From the NCBI GenBank assembly GCA_965112155.1, contig OZ218103.1: a DNA stretch of 64,000 nt. One strand, written 5' to 3'. Position 1 is the stretch's first letter; every line of letters begins with the position of its first letter. The translations under genes and the position numbers were made by a program. The notes under the pieces were generated by a model that saw only the letters and a program-made list of their open reading frames with translations, made no database searches and was not told the origin of the DNA. This DNA comes from Podarcis liolepis. Its lineage: Eukaryota. Positions 52,554 through 64,000 of the stretch are shown here, piece after piece.

Positions 52554-55500
52554 GACCGAGCTCTACGGAGGGAAGCAGTAGGATCACACCTGGAAAGTGC
52601 TGTGATGTCTCCTGCTAACACAATAAGGCAAAGACAGGTGTGCTACACACAGATTATTTATATACTTATGCCACATCTTCACTCCAGTTCATATACAACC
52701 CCTCTATATAGAGCTTCCACACGGTCAGAGCCTCCATGTTGCTAAAGGACCTACCAGTTCCAAAGTTCAGGGCCGGCTCTACGCTTAGGTATAGTGGGGC
52801 AACTGCCTCAAGCAGCTGAACTTGGCCATCATGAAAGGGTAGCAAATTATTAGCTATTTAATTTCTGACCGTTATATTTTGACCGCCAGAAAGCGGGGAG
52901 AGAAGCGCTTGTGGCTGTTCCCCTCACCCCACAATCCTTGAATACTGTACACCATGACTGTGGGAGGAGCTTTCATTGCTACATCTTGGGGAACAAAATG
53001 CCTTAGCCCAGTGCTGCAGAAATTCCTGTAATGATTTCCTTGGTTCCGACTACTACAAGGAGGAAATTCAGGTCCTGGAAGAAGAGAGCAGGCAAGTGGC
53101 AATAACAGGGCTGAGAGAATGCAAGATATGGGCTCTCTATCAATTACTGCAGCGTCTGTCATAAGTGATACATGAAATAGTCACCTAGAAGCATCCGACC
53201 AAGTGGAGCCTCACTGTAGGGCTCCTGTGTAAACTGGCCTTTGGCAAACCCAAACCCAGCATTCCATCCTGGTTATCCATCAATCTATTCAGCAAAGATA
53301 AAATATAAAATTGGTCTGGGCCACTACAGCCTGGCTGTTGTGCAATCCAGTGCACTATGTGAGACCAAAATTAACCCACACAGCAGAACAACAGCAGATG
53401 TCTTGACACTTTGTTTGGGGCACCCAAACAAAGGCAGGGAAAGCTCCTCTTCAGAAACACCCATAAACTTCTGCAAACCAACAAGCAGAATTATCAATCT
53501 TTGTCTGTAACCCTACTGCACAGGTAATATTTATCCGATGCATACAAAGTTGGACATTCATATTATAACCCAATTCAAGTGTAGCAGCACACAGAGCATG
53601 AACTGTAACAGACACAGTAATAATTTAGAATTGATTTAGCGTTTTCCTAGTTTTCAAAACACTTCACTTACATTTTTTTGTTGCACATCACACAGCAACC
53701 CTATAGTAACCTAACAGTAGTCTCACTGTATACAAATTCTACAAGTGACAATAAAGTATTTCAATATAAAGTAGGTCAGTGCTATTATTCTGTATGGCAG
53801 ATGGGAGGGAGGTGAAGGGCTTGGCCTCAGAGAAAGAGACTTGCCTAAGGCTGCAGAGTGAATTCATGGCAGAGTGAGAAGCAAACTGGGGACACCCTGG
53901 TTTGTAGCTTGGCCTCTAGGCTCCACCAGCTCTGTATATCTACACCGGAAAGAGGATTTTCTGGTTTGGGGAAAGTTGCGGGGAGGCAGGGGCAGATTTA
54001 TTCTTTGGCTTCAGGTCCATGTCTTACCAGCACTACATAGTCCTTGAAGCAAATATTCATGCTGTGTTCTGTCACAGTTAACTGCAATTTATGAGGGCTT
54101 CCTGAAGGAAACTTGATTGGCAATTCTCAGCTCCCCATGTGCTTGACTAGTTCACCTGCTACTCTTCTCTTTCCTGCTAGGCTGGGAGGGGAAAAGTTGT
54201 GGGGAGCCTCCTCTTAATCCTGGCGGGGTGTGCTAAGCAAACAGCTCCTCAGCTCTGGCAATGAATGAAAGGAGCTTCCCCATGCCAAGAACACTCCTCC
54301 ATCCTCCAACCCAAGCTCCAGTAACAGAAGAGCTGCTCAAGGTCCCATTGCAGATGTTGGGACATGTCATTCAGCAGGGATAGTCTCTCACTTTCCCTAC
54401 AGCTGGGGGTGGCTCCAAGCCTACCTCCTGCAGCAAACCCCTGGTGTTTACACGCCACTCCCCTGCCCCAACCTGGGTGAGTCAATTTGAGAGTCACACT
54501 GAGTTTCTGTCTGGAGCTTATCCTGGCCCTACCAGTCTCCTGGTAAACAAAACGCAAAGGGGGCTGGGCCTGGACGGACAAGGTTCACAGCACTGAGCAG
54601 AGATCTGCTATAGGGTGACACTGCTTCAGACCTTTGAAGATTATTCCCATCCATAAAACTGAGTTAAGCGGCACAGTTGCAATGGCAGAGTGTACCCCCC
54701 TCAGAACTACAAGATGCCACAACTCTGCAGCTGATCCCAATGCAGCTACGGGAAGGTGGCCAGAAGCAAAAGAGGACAGGGCTGCTGCACTTTCAGTAAT
54801 TATGTCAAGAAGGAGAGTCCATCAGAAGGTTGTTGTGGACATCCTCTACCTACAGAAATTCCCTCTTCTACCAAAGCTGCTTAGGGAGGCATGCTGAATG
54901 TCAGGTTCTGTGGATCAGGGTTCCTTTTACTGGGGTTGCTTACAACTGACAAAGGAGGCAGTAGGGGACAGAGGTTTTGTGGGTGCCAGGGAAAATCCTA
55001 AAGGGCACAATTGTGCCCGCAGGCACCTTACTGGGGATTCCTGTTACAGTGAATATGCCTGCATAAGCTTCCCATGAAGACTAATAAAGTATTGTTCATT
55101 TCAGAGCTGTCTATTCACAGCACTCGCAATTCAACAAGGTTGGGTTTTCACTTTGACTTTCATAGCAAAACCTATTATATTTCAAAGATCCACAGTAAGA
55201 CTCGTGCCAAGATGGTCAAGCTTTTTAGTCTAGCTTTTTTAAAAAAGGAGGGGAGGAGAGAAACAATGCTTCGTATCTCTTTTCAAAATGAAATATTGCC
55301 TAAAGTGTGCATGCTCACATGGGGTTTGTCAAGGCTCACATGTGATAATCTCCACATCTGATCAATGCGAATAAAAAAATGGGCAGACATGGGAAATTGC
55401 AGGGCCAGGTCAGATGAACAGCAGACAAGGAACACACCCTTGCTGCCTCCATCCATTCTGCAGATATCACTTACTGCACTTTGCATTTAGTGATGAGATA

Positions 55501-56018
55501 AGCACATGAGCATGTAATAAGAGCCCTGCTGGATCAGACCATCTAGTCCAGCATCCTCACATGGGCGAAACAGGTATCAAACCAGCAGGACTCGATCCTG
55601 CCCTGTGAACATGTGCCAACACTCCTTTGCCATTACTCTGATTAAGCTTCAAAGTGTTCCTTCACCAAAGTTGTGCAGCTTATATATCCACAATTTCACA
55701 CATTCAGACAGATATCACCATGAAACAAAGCAGAAGTTAGTTAACGTGGACAAGTAGAAAGACAAGAGCCACCAAGGAAGGGGTGGCTGAAGCAGTACCA
55801 TGAACTGTGCCTGTTTCCTATTTGCAACATCCACTGATGATGAAGCCCACCTATGTTCTATGATTACAGGCATGACTGGAGAGTGACACTCCAAAGAAAC
55901 AAAAAGGACAGCCATTCCAAACTCTACTGTATTGTTAAGGGATCAAGTGGCATGAATAAAGAGAAATATCCAAGCCAAAATCTAGAGTGGGGAACTGGAT
56001 CCGGCTGTTAGGTTAGTC

Positions 56019-56280
56019 CAGGGATCAGCAAACTTTTTCAGCAGGGGGCGGGTCCACTGTCCCTCAGACCTTGTGGTGGGGTGGCGGACTATATTTTTTT
56101 TTGGGGGGGGGGGTGAATGAACGAATTCCTATGCCCCACAAATAACCCAGAGATGCATTTTAAATAAAAGGACACATTCTACTCATGTAAAAACACGCTG
56201 ATTCCTGGACCTTCTGTGGGCCGGATTTAGAAGGCGATTGGGCCGGATCCGGCCCCCGGGCCTTAGTTTGCCTACCCATG
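56019..56280. mobile_element. hAT-type MITE
   Basis: CAGGGATCAGCAAAC / GTTTGCCTACCCATG termini; 8-bp TSD GGTTAGTC / GGTTAGAC. Confidence 0.8.
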
Positions 56281-59200
56281 GGTTAGACCCTTATATCCCT
56301 ATGACATCACAATGACACCAGGTGACCTGTTTTAGCCCACGTGGTTTTTAATGAAACTGCACAGGCAAAGGCACAGTGCTTTGCAAGCCCCAATGAAAGG
56401 GATGATAATCCAAACCTGAAGAGCCCTGTGGGAGGCCCCAAAGATCAGCATAAAATCCAGAGCGCAATTCTACTTGAACAAAGAGATGCAACCTTTGCAT
56501 ACTGAAACTTTTGCAGTCCACTGCAAATAAAAACATAACACAGCGTAATAAACTGACATGTAGGAATAAACATCCAACCAAGCAATAAAGCCACAACCCC
56601 TGAATCCTAATCTGCTCTGTAGGGTGAACTGGCTGCAATTTTTCAGTCAACAAAGTTTTCAAGTCAAGGGGCTTCTGAAGGAAACATTCATTCAAGTCAG
56701 TTTCCATTCTCTCCTATTCATGTATCTGAATGCAAAGACTGACATGATCATCCGTGTACCCAATAAGGCTACATACTTCTAACTGGTCCTTCCTTCCTCC
56801 AGTCCCATCCTAATGACATGTCCAAGCATGTTAAAGCACCACCAAAACTGAAGAGACCCATTCTGATGCAAGACACTACGTTACCAGGAATACATGCAGG
56901 CCTTAAGTAGGTTATTCCCAGTTTGATTGCAAAAATAAGCAGAGATGCTAGGCAGCTAAGCAAGTTTAGTTCCAACAATTCTCACACACCCCTCCTGAAT
57001 TTATTCAGCTGCCCAATTCCTATCCAAATATTCAAAGTCTACACCCTCTCTTTTGTTCTGCCCGCGCTGGGCTATTACCCTGCTGACTTGGCCTCTTTAA
57101 AGCTGCACAAACAGCTCTCAGTGCCTGGGAAAGACTAGAAGAGGGTTGTGCAACATATAAGGCAAGGTCCTTTAGGCAACCTATGGACTTGTTAGAATCC
57201 CGAGACTTCCCAGTTTTCATTTTAAAAAACACCAGCACATTTCTAACACTCCTGGTTGTAGAGAAAAGTGTGGATATGTGATGGCAAACAACATTTCCAG
57301 TGTGGTCCTCTGTGCCAAATAAGCTTATCTCGCCCGTGGATTAGACTCACGCTGCCTGTTTGCTAGCCAAGAGGAAGTTTGCTGCAGGCAGCCGCTGAGT
57401 AGATGCATAAACCTTTCTACCAGAGAAGAACTAGTTTCCCTGGGCACAGAGCCCAGTTTTTATTTAACTCCTGAGCATGTACGTAATATCAAATATACCA
57501 AGCTGGGAAGCAGACTGCGGAATTCCAGGCTCCTTGTAAAAGAGCAAGATTGGAATAGGAAGTATTGTAAAAGTTGTCTCGGTGGTCTGTTCTCGTCCAG
57601 GCTACCCTCTTCCCAAGTTCTGCTCTAACTAGCAGGAATCACTGGCAAACTCCAAGCATTTCCCAGCAAAATCTGGAAGGCAATTGTGCGCCCTCTGAAA
57701 ACTTTAGCACCCAAAGGTGTGTCTGCATGCTCCTGTAGAGAAACTGTGCTCATGCCATAAACCTTGGCGTCTTGAACCAAAACAAGATGTTTTATAATTG
57801 AGTAATCAAACCTCCGCCGTGTTGCAATGGAATCACATGACTCCCCCTCCTCAAGGAAGGGAAATCTCAGGGTAGGAAGTCAGCTAGACGGAGGGGATGC
57901 CAACTCATTATAATCAAATGCATCTATTAGAGCCCCACCACCATCATTATCATTACAGAAAAGCACTTCAGAGGAGTAGTGGGAGGAGGCATGCCAAAAC
58001 ATCTCCCTGCCTGTTGTTCCACTGCTGCAAACAGCTGGGAAAGTGGCTTTTCAAAAGAAAAAAAAAGGAGAGGAATATAGCACCAGGGCTCACTTGTGCG
58101 TAACATGCAGTCAACATCTAAGCGTCTGCCCCTCTTCACATGCATGTGTGATGTGGGAGTCACTTTCCTTTGGCTTAATGCCCCACATGGGTGTTGGCAC
58201 CAGAAGAACCATGTGGGTGAGGCTAATTGCAGGTGACTTTCCCACCTAATTGGTGGCCTGCACACAACCAGCTCAGCGCATGAATCAATTTCATGTGGAG
58301 TTGCAGTAACCAATATGCAGCTAATGGTTATGGGAAGCAGCCTCCATATCCTTCTACGTCTGCAGAATCCCCATTGGAAGATTAGAAGTGCTGGACATGC
58401 CTACTCGGGGGAAGCACATTCAACATCAAGCATCGCGGCCAAAATTCCAAAGGGCTGGTGGTGTCCCACCTGCAGCTCTGCAAAGAAAATTAGTTATCTT
58501 CTACGAATTTCTTGCCCAACTACTCAGCCTGACAAAACTCCCTCCGGGATATGTTTGCAGCTTTGACCTACTGACACATACTCAGGGGCTTTCCAGATAA
58601 CAGCAATGAATAAAGTTTGGTTTGCTTGTTTAAATAAGAGGGGCTATTAGCTGGACTCAGTGGAGCAATGTCCTGCCTAAGGGTTTGAGAGAAATTATGT
58701 TTGGTTCACATTTCAATTCGAAACGCCCTGTTCCACACTGTTCCACACTTCCTAAAACAATACGCAAACTGAAACACAGTCATCCTCAGAAATTTGGATT
58801 TCTCCAGATTTTGCAAAGCAGTTGTCCAGCCAAAGAATGTGTACAAAAATGGGTACATCAGGGAACAGTGTGGATGAAATGCATATATTAGTGAAAACTA
58901 CATACAAAATGCATTATGTTAGGGATAATTGCTTCCCCCAAAAATGTGTTTAGCAGGGGAGATCTGCACTAAAACGCTGATGAACGTTTATGAGGACTTG
59001 AGGAATTGGAAGGAAGAAGCACAGAATAATGAGAAACTCTGGGAAACAGACATTGGCAGATCCATTCATCCTTAGTCCTACTCCCTGCTCTCCATGCTCA
59101 AATTTCAGGGTGGCCAGAGGGGATGATGGTGAGCCTCAGGCTTGGAGGCCAAATAGCTATCATTTTTAGAAGTGGCAGCGAAACTGTGATTTAGCTAAAA

Positions 59201-59540
59201 TGCAGGCAGGTGTGGTTTCACCAAAAGCCCCCTACCTTTCCCCCTATACTTAGAACACTACTTTTGGTTTTGAATACAAGATGTTCCAGGGCTGAAGAAA
59301 GTAAGTGCACAGCCTGGAACTGGGGGGAAAAAGACAGGTGGTGGGAAGATTAACAAACTGATGGGACATGGATGTGATGAAGCTCTCTTGTGCTGGAATA
59401 ATACAGCAAGGGCACATTCTACTCCAGAGAAATAAGTACAGCAGCAGCAACAAAACACACCACACACACACACACAGTTTATATAATTGTGCAAGACTGG
59501 GAAGGGAAATATGTCGCAGTGTTACTGGGACATAATCTCA

Positions 59541-59721
59541 GTTGTGGCTCAGTGGCATAGCACACACTTGGCATGTAAAAGGTTCCAAATTCAATCCCAG
59601 CATCTCTAGGTAGGACTGGGAGAGAGCCCTGAAACCCTGGAGAGCTGCTGCCAGTCAGCGGAGACAGTAATGAGCTAAGCACACCAGTCGTTGGGCTCAG
59701 GAAGCCTCCCATGTCCCTATG
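59541..59721 (+). mobile_element. tRNA-derived SINE (Squam3-like)
   Basis: Box A TGGCTCAGTGG, box B-like TTCAATCC, body CTGAAACCCTGGAGAGCTGCTGCCAGTCAG. Confidence 0.7.
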
Positions 59722-61482
59722 ACGAATGCTGCTTGCCACCAGCAATGTCAAAAACAATAGATAGTGAACCTATGACCCTCATTGTTGGACTTCAGATCCC
59801 ATCATTCCTGACCATTGGCTGTACTAGCTTGGGGATGATGGGAGTGGGAGTCCAATGACAACACCTGGAAGGCCAGAGTTTCTCTACCCATCTCTGTAAT
59901 AGAGACAAAACAGTATCATGGTCCAGACAGAGCTGAACGCTACAAATAGATGGGCAAGCTATGGCAAATGTGTTACAATTCCACATCACAGCAATTCGTG
60001 TGCTCAGAAAACACAATATCCCTGGCCAGAACAGACCCCCTACTTCAGGAAAGACATGTCAGACATTTACCACCATAATACGGACAACTGTGTGTTTATC
60101 GTGCAATAAACCAATAATCCGGAAAAGTCCTCCAGGTGCCCAATCCCAGACTGTGAGTCAAAGCCCTCCTCCTGCCCCCACCATAGTCACAGAGATGTTT
60201 AAACAACCCCCTGGGCAGTTTTAAAAGTAACTCATGCTGAATGAGCTCTTTTTCGTTTGTCTTCTACACACCAAGGCAGAAACAGGGCTGCCAACTAGCT
60301 GAATTATTATTTTTAATTAACTGTGCAGTTTTAATTGATTAATTGAACAATTAAGAGATTAAAATCTCAATACTAAGCAATAATTATCACCACCTTTCCC
60401 CCAAGGAGCCTCCCAGATACCCCACACCCTGAAAAGCTTGGCTGTCTATTTTGCCTCCACTGAAGGAAGGGTTCCACATATCCAGGTGGGAGCTCCCACA
60501 ATTCAATACCTTCCCATTATACCTCGTTTGCTATATTCTCCCTGTTTGTATCAGCTGCCAACATGCGGCTAAAATATACTCAGCACTGAAGCGTATCTTC
60601 AAAATGTATCTGTTTGCCTGGAAGAATACCACAGACTTCAGAAAACCAGAAAAATGATTGCACCAAAAATGAATTCGGTGGCGTTTCAGCTGCGAAACCA
60701 CGAAACCCCAATTGCTGGGAAGCAGCAACACTAGCCCAGAGTTGGCACAATATATTTTGCTGCCCGAGGTGAAGCAGCAAGTGGCACCCGTCCCACCTCA
60801 AGCCACACTACATCTCAGGCTGGAAATGTTATGTTTACACCCGAGGCAGCAAATCCCAAAAGCAACCCCTATAGCAGGAAAAATATAATAAGGGGAAAAA
60901 CAAAATTTGAGAATTTGCTGCCCTTGCATGACATACACAACCAGCTGCCTGAGGTGGTGGCCCTACTCTGTGCAATGGCAGGGCTGGCCCTGCCTGCCTC
61001 CAACAAGAATGGCTGCTGCACTTCGGTCAGTATAGGGAAGAGGTCTGGTGTCCTGGATAGCAAGCGGATAGTGCCTTTAGAAGCAATACTAGTTGTCAAG
61101 TTACTCCCTGTGCCATTTTGAAATGGCTTATATGTACACGCCCCGCCCCAATGTTTAGGGGTCCTCCCCACAATCCCGCTGCCACTGAAGGCTGTGTTCC
61201 CCTTTTGCACTGCTCAAGGAAACACTTCCTACAAATGAAGAACACCACCACTAACCCCAGCCATACCAAGACTATCCCCAGCCCAGTTCCATAATGTGGA
61301 GCTGGCCAGCAAATGTGTAGGACTAGGAGATCGCCTGAAGCAGCTGGCAGATGAGGCAGTGAGCTTAAAAGGGGCGCTCAGTGCACTGAGGACATTGAAT
61401 GGTGGCCAAGGGATAAGGGGCCCCTATCTGACGAATTAGTGCCCGGGGCATGTGAGGGTGCCAAGTCAGCACCTTGCAGGTA

Positions 61483-61696
61483 AAGCCATACCTTGGAAGT
61501 CGAACAGAATCTGTTCCGGAAGTCCATTCGACTTCCAAAATGTTTGAAAATCAAATCTTCCTGCAGCCAACCAGAAGCCACAAAAGCCCCATTGGACGTT
61601 CGGGTTCCAAAAAGTGGAACGATCACTTCTGGGTATGCAGCGTTCGGGAGCCAAAACATCCAAGTTCCAGGGCATTCAGGATCCAAGGTACGACGG
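61483..61696. mobile_element. Tc1/mariner-like MITE (diverged)
   Basis: Imperfect TIRs (..ATACCTTGGA / TCCAAGGTAC..) with TA flanks. Confidence 0.55.
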
Positions 61697-62126
61697 TATT
61701 TGACAACCATTGTCGGCTGCTGGTATCATAGCTCATGCCCAGCTGCCATATGCCTGCAGACCTAGCAGCCCCTATATCTCTGCTGCCACATCCCTCTGGT
61801 AAAGGCATCTAGCTCGCCGGCCCTTTGGTAATCCCTCATTGGTGGCAGCCTCTTACTCCCCAATGTATCACTTCACCAGTTACTACTGGCTGGATAAAAG
61901 CATCATGAAATAACCCCAGTTTTGCAGGACCCTACATTCCTATGTGCATACAGTCCCTGCCAAAAACTTCAAATGTTCCTTCCTCCCACCAGGCAAGATA
62001 ATCAGCACAGAAAATGATATTGTCTTGAGGCCCTTTCTGTCTCTGCTCTGCCTCCAGCCACCGGGCTGCCTTCCCACCTTTTAGCCCAGGAGAACTTCAT
62101 CTGCATTGCCCCGCAGAAACAGGGAT

Positions 62127-62129
<3 letters not shown>

Positions 62130-62178
<49 letters not shown>
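62130..62178. repeat. (GA)n microsatellite
   Basis: Read directly. Confidence 0.95.
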
Positions 62179-62183
<5 letters not shown>

Positions 62184-63389
62184 CAACAGGGCAGCACCCA
62201 GGGTCCCAGCAGACCAAGAGCTGCACCTCATATTATGGATTTCCAATACAAAAACAACTTCCATGTAAGAAATCACAGGCAGGCAGCATGTAGATGTAAC
62301 CGCATACACTCAGAAGCCACGAAGCCACAACCAGGACAAAAAGCTTGCACATGCAACGCATGGCAACCCATCTGTGGATTTTAATGCTATAGTTGTGACT
62401 TCCTTTAAGCAGGGAATCTGCAACATGTGAAATAACCCACAGAGAAGAGGAAGAGAATTGCTGATTTCACCAGAGCTGTTTTTTTAAAAAAAATGTAACC
62501 AAGTATTAATGGATTCTCAATAAAGTAACAGGTCCCATTCTATGTCTAATTATCTCATGAACACCAGGAAGCTGGATACTTACATTCCGAAAAATAAATA
62601 CTCCACAACATTTTCTAATGATTTGGAAATATTGATCATCAATAAACAACAGCCCTCTCTCCCTTTTCGAATCAGAAAGCAACAGGACTCCCTTACCTGC
62701 TGGGCTCGGTCCCTGATTCAGAATAGCTGGTATCAGGAGAAAAATGAGCGAGAGGAAGCCAGTTCCGTCCTAGTGTTCCAATCTCCAAAGCTGCTGGATT
62801 TTTTGTTGAGTTCACACTTCCGACCCCTCGGCTGCTTCCCTCTTCCAGGCACTGTCTTGCTCTGCCAAAGAAACTGTGTTACTTGTTTTGACTTGAGTCA
62901 GAGGGGAGGGGCAGGTGAGCAATACCTTTTCAGCCACAGTGGAATCAGCACAGCCAAATCCTTCCAGGCACAGAAGGACAAGCCAACACATGGCACCAAA
63001 GGGGAGGGACTAGAGGGACAGCCTCTTTCAGGAATCCCTCCCTCGCCCCTGAACTGATCCTTAAGAAAAAGAGAAAGCAGCAGTATGTTTGCTTTCACTG
63101 CAGCCAGATCCAGACCAACACACAGGCATTGCATACCCAAAATTAATTTGATTCCACACTTATAACTCATTGCAATATAAACATACTCTGAGCCCTCCGA
63201 TGATAAGTAATGAGATCATTAGTATTTGGATACCAGATGTTGCTACACTTCAGAAAGCTCAGGGGCCACTTTTTATAACACTGTTTTGTACTTGGTACTG
63301 AGGGTAAAACTACTATGCATTACATTCAAACACATTTAACAATACCCTGACAGCTGCTGCTGCTGCTGCTGCTACTACAACTGCTACTA

Positions 63390-63615
63390 CAACGGTACCT
63401 CGGGTTAAGTACTTAATTCGTTCCGGAGGTCCGTTCTTAATCTGAAACTGTTCTTAACCTGAAGCACCACTTTAGTTAATGGGGCTTCCTGCTGCTGCCG
63501 CGCTGCCGAAGCACGATTTCTGTTCTCATCCTGAAGCAAAGTTCTTAACTCGAGATACTATTTCTGGGTTAGCGGAGTCTGTAACCTGAAGCGTCTGTAA
63601 CCCGAGGTACCACTG
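63390..63615. mobile_element. Tc1/mariner MITE, same family as 45792-46001, preceded by a (CTG/CTA)n repeat
   Basis: TA flanks; TIR ...GGTACCTCGGG / CCCGAGGTACCACTG; internal sequence highly similar to the 45.8-kb copy. Confidence 0.88.
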
Positions 63616-64000
63616 TATTAAGGAAAAACAACTTAGGGAAGATGGTGGTCTGCAGCAGTAAAAGAGGGGTGCTTTCCTCTCCCCACATCTGCCACTATTT
63701 CACTGCCCCTCCTTCCCTTCCCCTGCAATACATTTTCCTCTCCACTGTTTTTAATTCCTGATCATGTTTACCTTTGCAAGCAAGGAAAACAGCCTTTGGG
63801 CAGAAATTGCAGTGAGAAAGAAGTAGGCAGGGGAAGGGTCAAGCCCCCCTTCCTCCCACAGCTGTTTCAAACTTGGGGGGGGGGCGGAGTGCTCTTGTGC
63901 TCAGGTCCTGCTTGTCTCCCACAAGCATCTGGCAGGCCATTGGGATGCTGACTTAGATGGGGCACTGGCCTGATCCAGCCTGCTCAAGGTGCGACTGAGG

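Overview
Eukaryotic (vertebrate) genomic DNA. The repeat content (Sauria-type and other tRNA-derived SINEs, CR1, L2, L1, hAT and Tc1/mariner MITEs) points to a squamate reptile, probably a lacertid lizard (inference). Two convergent protein-coding genes fill the window. (1) KIF21B (kinesin-4 motor, coiled coils, WD40) is on the + strand. Its 5' exons, including the N-terminal part of the motor, lie upstream of the window. Thirty internal coding exons can be traced with GT-AG boundaries and consistent phases from 3969 to 30064. They are followed by two alternative terminal exons (30766-30865 and 31847-31901) and a long 3'UTR ending near 35.5 kb. (2) INAVA/C1orf106 is on the - strand, with a complete 9-exon CDS (52553 to 37111; 1806 nt, 601 aa). 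Its 5'UTR and promoter probably lie in 52.6-63 kb. The introns hold many transposon insertions, several with intact termini and target-site duplications (TSDs). I see no prokaryotic-type system (CRISPR, operons) and cannot support a wholly new gene. The most interesting observations are: a promoter-like solo LTR nested in a hAT MITE inside the motor-domain region; a CR1 tail sitting in the branch-point window of a WD40 exon; a possible in-frame re-splicing donor 1 nt into an exon; overlapping poly(A) signals between the two genes; and no room for the mammalian MROH3 gene between them.
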